Positions 42,959 through 52,439 are shown, counted from the first letter of the stretch. The stretch: DNA of 64,000 nt from Spirochaetaceae bacterium (GCA_965224705.1 OZ245056.1:1600001-1664000), one strand, 5' to 3'. Notes: generated by a model from the letters alone, not told the origin. Numbers and translations are program-made.

Positions 42959-43272
42959 CTAGTACATCATAAACCCTAAAACTGCGGATAAAGTCTTTTC
43001 AGTTTTACCCGAGCATCCCTGGTGGTAAACTGCCAATCGACTTTATTTGCAGAGTTATTTCTATCCAGATTCCACATTTCCGTTTCCTGAACCAGCTGTT
43101 CAATGGTTGGTATTCGGCGATTGAGACATTGCCGTTTATAGACACTTAATTCTATTTCCGCTGTATTCAACCAGCTCCCATGCTCTGGTGTATGGTGGAT
43201 TTCCAGGCGGTTTGCAAGACGATGAGCCTGTTCTGCTGGAAAAGCCTGATACAGGCTGCTGATTGAATGTGT
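42959..43272 (-). mobile_element. IS630-family transposase 3' fragment with right end
   Basis: THS.SSLY.AFP.E.A.RL..RLEIHHTPEHGSWLNTAEIELS...RQCL.RRI...W...RN.....DWQFT..DAR.KLKRLYP. Confidence 0.88.
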
Positions 43273-43280
43273 ATAATTAG

Positions 43281-43439
43281 CTATCCTCCATTCATAAGCA
43301 AAACCCTCCCCCTTGGATGGTGCATCTTTAGAATATGCTGTTGCTTATTTTGGCAGACATGAGTGTATATTTGAGTTGTTACAATGGAACTGTGCCCAAG
43401 AAAAGACTGGATGTATTTTATGTCCACCCCCTCCTCCAG
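43281..43439 (-). pseudogene. Tyrosine recombinase (XerD-like) C-terminal fragment
   Basis: Manual translation LEEGVDIKYIQSFLGHSSIVTTQIYTHV...HP: box II LGH motif and catalytic Tyr. Confidence 0.85.
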
Positions 43440-44702
43440 GAAGAGAGTGAAAGCTGGTCCCTATTGGAAAAGGTTCTACGGGAGGGTGCACGAAGAATGT
43501 TGAAGCAGGCGCTGGAGAATGAAATTGAAGAATACCTCATGAAGCATTCTCAGACCGATGAAAACGGTCATCATTTGGTTGTTCGGAATGGCTATCATCC
43601 CCAGCGTAGTATTGTCACGGGAATCGGCCCTATGACAATCAAAGCACCGAGAGTTGATGATCGGAAAATCGATCCGGAGAGGAAAAACCCCTTTACCAGT
43701 GCGATTCTTCCCCGGTATTTGAGAAAGATTCCCAGTATCGATAACCTGCTCCCTGTATTGTACTTGAAAGGAGTCTCGACAAGCGGTTTTCAGGATGCCC
43801 TGGCATCCATACCTGGGGAAGGAGCAAAAGGGCTCTCCGCTGCCAATATCGTCCGTCTGAAGAAAAGCTGGGAAGATGATTTTAACACCTGGAACCACCG
43901 GGATCTGAGAGGCAAGAAATATGCCTGCATCTGGGTGGATGGTATTCATTTCAATGTTCGTCTGGAGGATGACCGATGCTGCATTTTGGTCATTGTCGGA
44001 GCGGATGAGAACGGAAACAAGGAGCTTATTGCCGTTGAATCGGGTTATAGAGAGTCGACGCTTAGCTGGAAAGAGATGCTGCTTTCAATCCGTCATAGGG
44101 GTTTGCAAGAGGCATCCAAGCTGGCGATTGGCGATGGGGGTCCTGGATTCTGGAAGGCTTTGGATGAGGTTTTCCCACAAACAAAGCGACAGCGATGCTG
44201 GGTCCACAAGACGGCCAATATTCTGGATAAGATGCCGAAATCTGTGCAGCCTGGAGCCAAGGCACTGATCCATGATATGTATATGGCTGATACGGAAGAA
44301 AAAGCCCGGAAGGCCTATGAACATTTTATCTCTGTGTATGGGGCCAAGTACCCCAAAGCGACCGAATGCCTGTGGAAGGATCAGGATGATCTGTTTCGAT
44401 TTTATTCTTTTCCTGGTATTCACTGGATTCATATCCGCACGACAAATCCGATTGAATCAACATTCGCGACGGTCCGGCTCAGGACAAAGCGAACAAAAGG
44501 TTGCGGGAGTAGAATTGCGACTCTCACGATGGCTTGGAAGCTATGTTGTGAGGCGGAGAAGACCTGGAAAAAGATGAAGGGTTACAAGCTGATCCCAAAA
44601 GTTATTCAGGGAGTTTTTTGTAAAGATGGAAATTTCATTGGGAAAGTTGCATAAATTGGAGGATTTCGCACTTTTTTCATCCACAACATTTGACAATATC
44701 TC
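43440..44702 (+). mobile_element. IS256-family element, left end missing
   Basis: Transposase motifs VRNGY, PRV.DR, LYLKG.ST, WVDG, IGDG, QRCWVHK, RTTNPIES; stop at 44654; right end CACAACATTTGACAATATCTC at 44682-44702; no matching left end seen. Confidence 0.9.
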
Positions 44703-45044
44703 TTCTTGATGAGGCGAAGGCCAAGAGTTACTTTAACGAGAAGGTGCTTAATTCTGGATAAAATGGGGAAGGTGCTCTCTGATCTGAATGCTGAGCACTC
44801 GAAGAAGATTGAGGCTTTGAAAGGGACGGTGAAGCTGCTCAAGGGTGGGATTAGCCCATTTCTCAGGGAGTGACACTTCTACTGTGGTACAACATACTTA
44901 CTGGAAAAAAAGTAGAAATTCCTTATCTACCATTCATGCAGAAAATACTATCTTCCTGCTTGCTTAGGCCAAATCCAGGGCATCGGGGAAAGGGGGGTTG
45001 TGCCAAGAGCACCTCTGAAACAGATGGGCGGGCTTTGTTCTTCT

Positions 45045-45512
45045 TTACAGGATGAAACTTGTGTAAACCTGCAGCGCGGCGAGCAAGGCGAATCCAAGCA
45101 TAATCATCCATTTCATGAACCCCACCTGATCTTTGAGCCCATTGAATTGTTCTTTGAGAGCATTGAATTCGGGTTTGGTAACCATCTGCTCCTTGAGGCT
45201 TTTGATTTCCCCATTGAATTCGGCTTTAGTAACCATTTGCTCCTTGAGGCTTTTGATTTCCCCATTGAATTCGGCTTTAGTAACCATTTGCTCCTTGAGG
45301 CTCTTGATTTCCCCATTGAACTCGGTTTTGGTAACCATCTGCTCGTCCAAATGGGCGATGTGGTTGTACTGGGATTTGAGCATCAATGGAATGGCGTTTT
45401 CTGTAGACAGCTTACCCTCATCCGCTATCTGCTGCCTGGCCTTTTCCGTCGATTTGGTTAAGAATGCCGATATTAATTCATCTTCAAATGACTGTTTTTT
45501 ATCTTCAGCCAC
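45045..45512 (-). CDS. Bdr-like coiled-coil protein with 17-aa tandem repeats and C-terminal TM anchor
   Basis: GTG start with AAGGAGG; (EQMVTK.EFNGEIKSLK)x3 plus a partial copy; hydrophobic C-terminus. Confidence 0.75.
   Translation of the reverse strand: MAEDKKQSFEDELISAFLTKSTEKARQQIADEGKLSTENAIPLMLKSQYNHIAHLDEQMVTKTEFNGEIKSLKEQMVTKAEFNGEIKSLKEQMVTKAEFNGEIKSLKEQMVTKPEFNALKEQFNGLKDQVGFMKWMIMLGFALLAALQVYTSFIL
45160..45345. repeat. 51-bp in-frame tandem repeat (~3.6 copies)
   Basis: Unit AACCATTTGCTCCTTGAGGCTTTTGATTTCCCCATTGAATTCGGCTTTAGT. Confidence 0.9.
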
Positions 45513-45681
45513 TGACCAGCCTCCTTGAATGCTAACCATTAAATCGTATTGCCGATAACCCGTCAAGGCTTGATAAAAAGTATTCTCGACTCTAAATACC
45601 AGTATAATGAATAAAAACTGCATTATAAGTGAACCAGAATGCAATGATTCGAGAGACCTCAAAGGAATTTTGATTCCTGCT

Positions 45682-45888
45682 GTTACTCAGAGGCCGTGCC
45701 TGCCTCCAGAGCCAGTGCCTTGCCGCGAAATCCCACCCCGTAGATGACAATCTTCTCCGGGCTCCACTTCTCCTGCGCTCCCTTCAGGTATTTTTGCTCC
45801 GCCTGGGAATAGGCCTCCTGCGCCAGTTGTTTTAGCGGCGTGGTTCCGGCGGCAGGTTCCCGTTTGAACTCGAACAGCAGAACATGAG
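45682..45888 (-). pseudogene. Orphan 3' tail of a fourth array AAA/PD-(D/E)XK paralog
   Basis: HVLLFEFKREPAAGTTPLKQLAQEAYSQAEQKYLKGAQEKWSPEKIVIYGVGFRGKALALEAGTASE*, nearly identical to the array gene tails. Confidence 0.88.
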
Positions 45889-45889
45889 G

Positions 45890-45990
45890 CGCTCAGGCCG
45901 CTGGGCCTAAACTTTCTTTTTTTTCGACAAAAAGAAAGTTTAACAAAGAAAAATACGACTCAAGGGGGTGTCCCCCTTGAGAATCCCCCC
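45890..45990. repeat. Array spacer repeat, copy 1 (double hairpin)
   Basis: CGCTC.GGCCGCTGGGCCT, then an AAACTTTCTTTTT/AAAAAGAAAGTTT hairpin, then CTCAAGGGG-GTGTC-CCCCTTGAG-AATCCCCCC. Confidence 0.9.
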
Positions 45991-46082
45991 TCCCCCCGCT
46001 CTGTGTTCCCCCAAAAAAATTTCTGGGGCTTAATTCAGGGCGTAGGATTTGGTTCTTAATGGAACGCCGTATGCGGGCCAAC

Positions 46083-47855
46083 TCAGAACTGGGTGCGAAG
46101 TGCCTCCCCGCCTGCCTCCAAGGCCAGTTCCTTGCCGCGAAAGCCCACCCCGTAGATGATAATCTTTTCCGGGTTCCATTTCTCCTGTGCCCCCTCCAGG
46201 TATTTCCGCTCCGCCTGGGAATAGGCCTCCTGTGCCAGCTGCTTGAGCGGTGTAGTTCCGGCGGCAGGCTCCCGTTTGAACTCGAACAGCAGGACATGGC
46301 CCGGCCGCCCAGGGCCGCGCTGAATCAATATGATGTCGGGGCGGCCCATGCCGCATTCCCGGTTGCTCTCCACCGTGTACTCGCCGCTCAGGTAGGCCAG
46401 CATTCCCAGAACCAGACCGTGGTAGAAGCCCTCCACTCGCTCCATTTCCTCGTCGTCGTCGTCGGTATCAGCGGTGTCGTAATAACTGGCCATGCTCAGG
46501 AGAACCTTCCCCAGACCTCTCTCGATCAGGGTGGCATCCCCTTCCCTGATACCGCGGATGAAGAAATGAAAGGATTCACCGGCCTCCATATCTTCCTCCA
46601 GCCAGTCCCGAATCACCTTTTCGTAGACCACCGTCACTTCCAGATTGGGAATGGAAAGCCGGTGGGTTATGGAGGTGTGGACTTGTTGCCGCTCATCGGC
46701 CTTCAGGTAGCCGCCGTGGAGCAGGAAACTCCACGCCACATCCGGGCGGGTTCGTATCTGCGGGTAAACGATGTTGACCGCAACCTCCCGTCTCACTTCC
46801 TCTCCTCTGAGCAGCCCCTCAATGGTTTCCCGGCTGTCCCTTTTGTTCAGCTGCAGCGTTTCCTTGACCATCCTGTTGGCACTGGTGTGCACCCAGTAGG
46901 GCAGAAGTCCGTCCTTGATGTTTCGGAAATAGCTCACGAGACTCCAGGGATTGTAGATGACCGTGTCGCCGCCGAAGATGTAGCCGTTGTACCATTGACG
47001 AATGCCGTCCAGTCTGGACTCCTGCCCGAAATAGGCGGCCATTTCTTCCACTTCGGGTTCCGTGAAGCCAAAGCAATCCTTCATGGCGTCGCTCAGCACG
47101 GTGGACACCGCCGGGTTATTGAAGTCGCTGAAGATGCTCTCCTGGGCCACTTTGAGTATCCCGATAACCACCGCCTGCTTCAAATTGGGGTTGTCCTTGA
47201 AGCTCTGCACCATGAAGCTGCGGATGAAGGCGATCATCTCATCGTAGAAGTTGTCGGTGTAGGCGGCGTGCAGCGGGGTGTCGTACTCGTCCAGAAGAAT
47301 GTAGACCGGTTTTCCGTAGGCGCGCCTGAGCCAGGTGGAGAGGTGTTTTATGGATTGGGCACAATCCTGATCCGTGCCCTCATCGTACAGAATTTTTTCA
47401 AATTTTGTCCGTTCCCTGTCATCCAACATGCCGGAGTTTTGCAAGTATTGATGTCTACGGAATTCATCGGAAAGCATATCCTTGATAAGTGCCATGCAAT
47501 CTTCATGATTCGATTTTTTTACGTTCTTGAAGCTTAAGTGTATCACCGGATATTGACCCATGTATTCGCGGCATCGGGGGTGTTTTGATATGGACATGTC
47601 ATTGAACAATGAGACATTGGGCGGCTCTTCGGAGGGGGCATCGCCGCTGTTGCCGCCCGGTGGGGGGGCCTCAAAGAAATAGCGGATCATGCTGAGGTTC
47701 AGGGTTTTGCCGAAGCGGCGGGGGCGGGTGATGAGGTGCACCTTGCTGGGGTGATCAATAAGATAGGCGATAAGACGGGTTTTATCAACAAAATAGCAGC
47801 TTTCACTGATGAATTCCTTGAAATCAGTGATGCCCTGTTCCAGTTTCTTTTTCAT
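46083..47855 (-). CDS. AAA-ATPase-like + PD-(D/E)XK nuclease protein, array copy C (590 aa)
   Basis: G..DF..F......VDKT, TRPRRFGKTLNLSM Walker A, LLDEYD Walker B, WYNGY, YNPWS, C-terminal SNRE.G.GR.DI...FEFK; start set by paralog alignment. Confidence 0.9.
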   Translation of the reverse strand: MKKKLEQGITDFKEFISESCYFVDKTRLIAYLIDHPSKVHLITRPRRFGKTLNLSMIRYFFEAPPPGGNSGDAPSEEPPNVSLFNDMSISKHPRCREYMGQYPVIHLSFKNVKKSNHEDCMALIKDMLSDEFRRHQYLQNSGMLDDRERTKFEKILYDEGTDQDCAQSIKHLSTWLRRAYGKPVYILLDEYDTPLHAAYTDNFYDEMIAFIRSFMVQSFKDNPNLKQAVVIGILKVAQESIFSDFNNPAVSTVLSDAMKDCFGFTEPEVEEMAAYFGQESRLDGIRQWYNGYIFGGDTVIYNPWSLVSYFRNIKDGLLPYWVHTSANRMVKETLQLNKRDSRETIEGLLRGEEVRREVAVNIVYPQIRTRPDVAWSFLLHGGYLKADERQQVHTSITHRLSIPNLEVTVVYEKVIRDWLEEDMEAGESFHFFIRGIREGDATLIERGLGKVLLSMASYYDTADTDDDDEEMERVEGFYHGLVLGMLAYLSGEYTVESNRECGMGRPDIILIQRGPGRPGHVLLFEFKREPAAGTTPLKQLAQEAYSQAERKYLEGAQEKWNPEKIIIYGVGFRGKELALEAGGEALRTQF

Positions 47856-47888
47856 GACGTCTTTAGCATAGCATGATTTTGTGGGTGT

Positions 47889-47989
47889 CGCTCGGGCCGC
47901 TGGGCCTAAACTTTCTTTTTTTTCGACAAAAAGAAAGTTTAACAAAGAAAAATACGACTCAAGGGGGTGTCCCCCTTGAGAATCCCCCC
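47889..47989. repeat. Array spacer repeat, copy 2
   Basis: Near-identical to 45890-45990 and 49843-49943. Confidence 0.9.
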
Positions 47990-48035
47990 TGTGTTCCGTG
48001 AAAAGCGGCTTTTTCAACGCCGTATGCGGGCCAAC

Positions 48036-49808
48036 TCAGAACTGGGTGCGAAGTGCCTCCCCGCCTGCCTCCAAGGCCAGTGCCTTGCCGCGAAAGCCTA
48101 CCCCGTAGATGACAATCTTCTCCGGGTTCCACTTCTCCTGCGCCCCCTCCAGGTATTTTTTCTCCGCCTGGGAATAGGCCTCCTGCGCCAGCTGCTTGAG
48201 CGGCGTGGTTCCGGCGGCAGGCTCCCGTTTGAACTCGAACAGCAGGACATGGCCCGGTCGCCCGGAGCCGCGCTGAATCAATACGATGTCGGGGCGGCCC
48301 ATGCCGCATTCCCGGTTGCTCTCCACCGTGTACTCGCCACTCAGGTAGGCCAGCATCCCCAGTACCAGACCGTGGTAGAAGCCCTCCACCCGCTCTATTT
48401 CCTCGTCTTCGCCAGCGGTGTCATAATAACTGGCCATGCTCAAAAGAACCTTCCCCAGACCTCTCTCGATCAAAGCGGCATCCCCTTCGCGAATACCGCG
48501 GATGAAGAAATGAAAGGACTCGCCGGCCTCCACATCCTCCTCCAGCCAGTCCTTGATTGTGGTCATGTAGGAATAGCGCACTTCGCGGTTGGGAATTTCC
48601 AGCCGGTAGTCCTGGCTTATCTCGTGCTGCCGCCTTTCGCTGGCCTTCAGGTAGCCGCCGTGGAGAAGGAAACTCCATGCCACATCCGGGCGGGTTCGGA
48701 TCTGCGGGTAGACGATGTTGACCGCTACTTCCCGCCGCACCTCCTCTCCCCTGAGCAGTCCCTCAATGGTTTCCCGGCTGTCCCTTTTGTTCAACTGCAG
48801 CGTTTCCTTGACCATCCTGTTGGCACTGGTGTGCACCCAGTAGGGCAAAAGTCCGTCCTTGATGTTTCTGAAATAGCTCACGAGACTCCAGGGATTGTAG
48901 ATGACCTTGTCTCCACCGAAAATGTAGCCGTTGTACCATTCCCTAATGCCGTCCAGTCTGGACTCCTGCCCAAAATAGGCTGCCATTTCTTCCACTTCGG
49001 GTTCCGTGAAGCCAAAGCAATCCTTCATGGCGTCGCTCAGCACGGTGGACACCGCCGGGTTATTGAAGTCGCTGAAGATGCTTTCCTGGGCCACTTTGAG
49101 TATGCCGATGACCACCGCCTGCTTCAAATTGGGGTTATCCTTGAAGCTCTGCACCATGAAGCTTCGGATGAAGGCGATCATTTCATCGTAAAAGTTGTCG
49201 GTGTAGGCGGCGTGCAGCGGGGTGTCGTACTCGTCCAGAAGGATGTAAACTGGTTTGTTGTAGGCGCGATGGAGCCAGGCGGAGAGGTGTTTTATGGATT
49301 GGGCACAATCCTGATCCGTGCCCTCATCGTACAGAATTTTTTCAAATTTTGTCCGTTCCCTGTCTTCCAACATGCCGGAGTTTTGCAAGTATTGATGTCT
49401 ACGGAATTCATCGGAGAGCATATCCTTGATGAGTGCCATGCAATCTTCATGATTCGATTTTTTCACATTCTTGAAGCTTAAATATATCACCGGATATTGG
49501 CCCATGTACTCGTGGCATCGGGGGTGTTTTGATATGGACATGTCATTGAACAATGAGGCATTGGGCGGCTCTTCGGTGGGGCCATCGCCGCTAACGCCGC
49601 TGTTGCCGTGCAGTGGCGGGGCCTCAAAGAAGTAGCGGATCATGCTGAGGTTCAGGGTTTTACCGAAGCGGCGGGGGCGGGTGATGAGGTGCACTTCGCT
49701 GGGGTCATTGATAAGATGCGCTATGAGACGGGTTTTATCGACAAAGTAGCAATCATTGTCGATGAATTTCTTGAAATCGGTGATGCCCTGAGTCAGATTC
49801 TTTTTCAT
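48036..49808 (-). CDS. AAA-ATPase-like + PD-(D/E)XK nuclease protein, array copy B (590 aa)
   Basis: Same motifs as copy C. Confidence 0.9.
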   Translation of the reverse strand: MKKNLTQGITDFKKFIDNDCYFVDKTRLIAHLINDPSEVHLITRPRRFGKTLNLSMIRYFFEAPPLHGNSGVSGDGPTEEPPNASLFNDMSISKHPRCHEYMGQYPVIYLSFKNVKKSNHEDCMALIKDMLSDEFRRHQYLQNSGMLEDRERTKFEKILYDEGTDQDCAQSIKHLSAWLHRAYNKPVYILLDEYDTPLHAAYTDNFYDEMIAFIRSFMVQSFKDNPNLKQAVVIGILKVAQESIFSDFNNPAVSTVLSDAMKDCFGFTEPEVEEMAAYFGQESRLDGIREWYNGYIFGGDKVIYNPWSLVSYFRNIKDGLLPYWVHTSANRMVKETLQLNKRDSRETIEGLLRGEEVRREVAVNIVYPQIRTRPDVAWSFLLHGGYLKASERRQHEISQDYRLEIPNREVRYSYMTTIKDWLEEDVEAGESFHFFIRGIREGDAALIERGLGKVLLSMASYYDTAGEDEEIERVEGFYHGLVLGMLAYLSGEYTVESNRECGMGRPDIVLIQRGSGRPGHVLLFEFKREPAAGTTPLKQLAQEAYSQAEKKYLEGAQEKWNPEKIVIYGVGFRGKALALEAGGEALRTQF

Positions 49809-49842
49809 GACGTCTTTAGCATAGCATGGTTTTGTGGGTGGT

Positions 49843-49943
49843 CGCTCGGGCCGCTGGGCCTAAACTTTCTTTTTTTTCGACAAAAAGAAAGTTTAACAAA
49901 GAAAAATACGACTCAAGGGGGTGTCCCCCTTGAGAATCCCCCC
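49843..49943. repeat. Array spacer repeat, copy 3
   Basis: Near-identical to copies 1 and 2. Confidence 0.9.
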
Positions 49944-49989
49944 TGTGTTCCGTGAAAAGCGGCTTTTTTAACGCCGCATGCGGGTCAAC

Positions 49990-51762
49990 TCAGAACTGAC
50001 CGCGAAGCGCCCCTCCCTCTGCCTCCAGAGCCAGTTCCTTTCCGCGAAAGCCCACCCCGTAGATGATAATCTCCTTTGGGTTCCACTTCTCCTGCGCCCC
50101 CTCCAGGTATTTTTTCTCCGCCTGGGAATAGGCCTCCTGCGCCAGCTGCTTGAGCGGCGTGGTTCCGGCGGCAGGCTCCCGTTTGAACTCGAACAGTAGG
50201 ACATGGCCCGGTCGCCCGGAGCCGCGTTGGATCAATACGATGTCGGGGCGCCCCATGCCGTATTCCCGGTTGCTCTCCACCGTGTACTCGCCACTCAGGT
50301 AGGTCAGCATCCCCAGTACCAGTCCGCGGTAGAAGCCTTCCCCCCGCTCCATTTCCTCGTCTTCGCCAGCGGTGTCGTAATAACTGGCCATGCTTAAGAG
50401 AACCTTCCTCAGCCCTCTCCCGATCAAGGCAGCATTCCCTTCCCTGATGCCGCAGATGAAGTAATAAAAGGACTCGCCTGCCTCCACATCCTCCTCCAGC
50501 CAGTCCTTGATTGTGGTTATGTAGGAATAGCACAGCTCGCGGTTGGGAATATCCAGCCGGTAGTCCTGGCTTATCTCGTGCTGCCGCCTTTCGCTGGCAT
50601 TCAGGTAGCCGCCGTGGAGCAGGAAACCCCACACTACTTCCGGGTGGGTTCGTATCTGTGGATAGACGATGTTGATCGCCACTTCCCGCCTGACCTCCTC
50701 TCCCTTAAGCAGCCTCTCCATGGTTTCCTGGCTGTCCCTTTTGTTCAGCTGCAGCATTTCCTTGACCATCCTGTTGGAACTGGTGTGCACCCAGTAGGGG
50801 TGCAGTCCGGCCGATGGCGCGCTTAGGTAGTTGATGATGCTCCAGGGGTTGTAGATGACCGTGTCCCCGCCGAAGATGTAGCCGTTGTACCATTCCCTGA
50901 TGCCGCCCATCTTGTCTCCATGTCCAAAGTAGTCTGCCATGGCCTCCACTTCGGGGTCCGTGAAGCCAAAGCAATCCTTCATGGCGTTGCTCAACACGGT
51001 GGACACTACCGGGTTGTTGGAGTCGCTGAAAATGCTCTCCTGCGCCACCTTGAGTATGCCGATGACCACCGCCTGCTTCAAATTGGGGTTGTCCTTGAAG
51101 CTCTGCACCATGAAGCTGCGGATGAAGGCGATCATCTCATCGTAGAAGTTGTCGGTGTAGGCGGCGTGCAGCGGGGTGTCGTACTCGTCCAGAAGGATGT
51201 AGACCGGTTTGTTGTAGGCGCGATGGAGCCAGGCGGAGAGGTGTTTTATGGATTGGGCACAATCCTGATCGGCACCTTTTCTTTGCAGCATCCTGATAAA
51301 ACATTCTTGATCAGCATCATCCAACATACCGGAGTTTTGCAAGTATTGATGTCTACGGAATTCATCGGAGAGCATATCTTTGATAAGTGCCATGCAATCT
51401 TCATGATTCGATTTTTTTACGTTCTTGAAACTTAAGTATATCACAGGGTATTTCCCCATGTACTCGCGGCATCGGGGGTGTTCCACAATGGACATGCCAT
51501 TGAACAATGAGGTAGTGGGCGGCTCTTCGGTGGGGGCATCGCCGCTAATGCCGCGGTCGCTGTCCGGTAGCGGGGCCTCAAAGAAGTAGCGGATCATGCT
51601 GAGGTTCAGGGTTTTGCCGAAGCGCCGGGGACGGGTAATGAAATACACCTTGCTGGGGTCGTCAATAAGGCAGCCGATGAGATGGGTTTTATCGACAAAA
51701 TAGCAATCATTGTCGATGAATTCCTTGAAATCGGTGATGCCCTGAGTCAGATTCTTTTTCAT
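49990..51762 (-). CDS. AAA-ATPase-like + PD-(D/E)XK nuclease protein, array copy A (590 aa)
   Basis: Same motifs; start at MKKNLTQG by alignment with copy B. Confidence 0.9.
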   Translation of the reverse strand: MKKNLTQGITDFKEFIDNDCYFVDKTHLIGCLIDDPSKVYFITRPRRFGKTLNLSMIRYFFEAPLPDSDRGISGDAPTEEPPTTSLFNGMSIVEHPRCREYMGKYPVIYLSFKNVKKSNHEDCMALIKDMLSDEFRRHQYLQNSGMLDDADQECFIRMLQRKGADQDCAQSIKHLSAWLHRAYNKPVYILLDEYDTPLHAAYTDNFYDEMIAFIRSFMVQSFKDNPNLKQAVVIGILKVAQESIFSDSNNPVVSTVLSNAMKDCFGFTDPEVEAMADYFGHGDKMGGIREWYNGYIFGGDTVIYNPWSIINYLSAPSAGLHPYWVHTSSNRMVKEMLQLNKRDSQETMERLLKGEEVRREVAINIVYPQIRTHPEVVWGFLLHGGYLNASERRQHEISQDYRLDIPNRELCYSYITTIKDWLEEDVEAGESFYYFICGIREGNAALIGRGLRKVLLSMASYYDTAGEDEEMERGEGFYRGLVLGMLTYLSGEYTVESNREYGMGRPDIVLIQRGSGRPGHVLLFEFKREPAAGTTPLKQLAQEAYSQAEKKYLEGAQEKWNPKEIIIYGVGFRGKELALEAEGGALRGQF

Positions 51763-51771
51763 GGTGTCTTT

Positions 51772-51800
51772 AGCATAGCATGGTTTTGTGGGTGAGGCAA
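51772..51800 (-). promoter_or_regulatory. Sigma70-type promoter of array copy A (near-leaderless)
   Basis: TTGCCT-N17-TATGCT with extended TGn, ATG 9 nt downstream, no SD. Confidence 0.55.
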
Positions 51801-51849
51801 TGGCGGGTGAAGTTTGAAGACCATGCCCTGTCATCCTCGTTTGCGTGAG

Positions 51850-51988
51850 CTATTTCGCCAGTACTTTATCTCCAGATGTAAATGCGTTGTAAGTATTGAT
51901 AAACGCATCCGGAAATTCTCCAGTAGGTATACAGCCTTGAGCTCCATAGCATAATTCTTCATAGAAATACATACCATTGAGGCCGCCG
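51850..51988 (-). pseudogene. Possible dihydrodipicolinate synthase-family gene fragment
   Basis: GGLNGMYFYEELCYGAQGCIPTGEFPD...Y..F..GD...A resembles the DapA-family C-terminal barrel segment. Confidence 0.35.
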
Positions 51989-52105
51989 GAGCCGACATGG
52001 AACTCATCATCAAGGCCACAGGCTTGAGCGAGTCGGAGATCCAGAATCTTTGAAAGGCAGGCCAAAATCTGAAAAAGATTCATCAAAATTCACCTCAGTA
52101 AACAA
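51980..52105 (+). repeat. Orphan Rpn 3' tail plus downstream sequence; direct repeat of 57099-57225
   Basis: AGGCCGCCGGAGCCGACATGG.ACTCATCATC.AGGCCACAGGC.TGAGCGA.TCGGAGATCCAGAATCTTTGAAAGGCAGGCCAAAA...CACCTCAGTAAACAA at both sites. Confidence 0.88.
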
Positions 52106-52175
52106 ACACCCCTTGCACTCACTGCCCCAAAAACTCATTGACAACACTCCCTGTTAAAGATACCATTGACCTACC

Positions 52176-52354
52176 GTGAGTCAGTATATTAATCCGATGA
52201 ACGACTTCTTCATGCGTTACCTGCTGGGGAGCAAGGACAGCGAGAACAACTGCCGCGGCTTTGTCAATGCCGTTCTTCAAGACATTGATTTCCCGACGGT
52301 AAGTAGCCTGACTATTCTCAATCCCTTCAACCTGAAAGAATACCTCGGGCACAA
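52176..52354 (+). pseudogene. Rpn family (PD-(D/E)XK nuclease/putative transposase) 5' fragment, cut by a MITE
   Basis: INP.NDFF.RYLLGS.......FVNAVL...LNPFNLK; promoter TTGACA-N17-TACCAT at 52138-52166; frame runs into the MITE end. Confidence 0.8.
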
Positions 52355-52439
52355 GGAGCTTGTCGGACTCACGCCTCACGGTTCGATTTTTGCCCTTCTC
52401 TCCAGAAGCAAGCCTCCTGCTTGCTTCTGGAAAGCCGCC

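Noticed and set aside
43335..43439. Native N-terminus of the IS256 transposase
   Set aside because: This segment is the reverse complement of a tyrosine recombinase C-terminus.
47856..48017. 54-aa N-terminal extension of array copy C in the ORF track
   Set aside because: It is translation through the spacer repeat; paralog alignment puts the start at 47855, giving 590 aa like the other copies.
46059..49481. Long plus-strand ORFs 46059-47537 (492 aa) and 47967-49481 (504 aa)
   Set aside because: They are antisense shadows of the AAA-nuclease genes, with no recognisable motifs, and the equivalent frame is broken opposite copy A.
45890..49943. Integron attC sites between the AAA-nuclease genes
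   Set aside because: Stem ends (GTTAAAC/GTTTAGG) do not fit RYYYAAC/GTTRRRY, the genes are paralogs rather than diverse cassettes, and no intact IntI is present.
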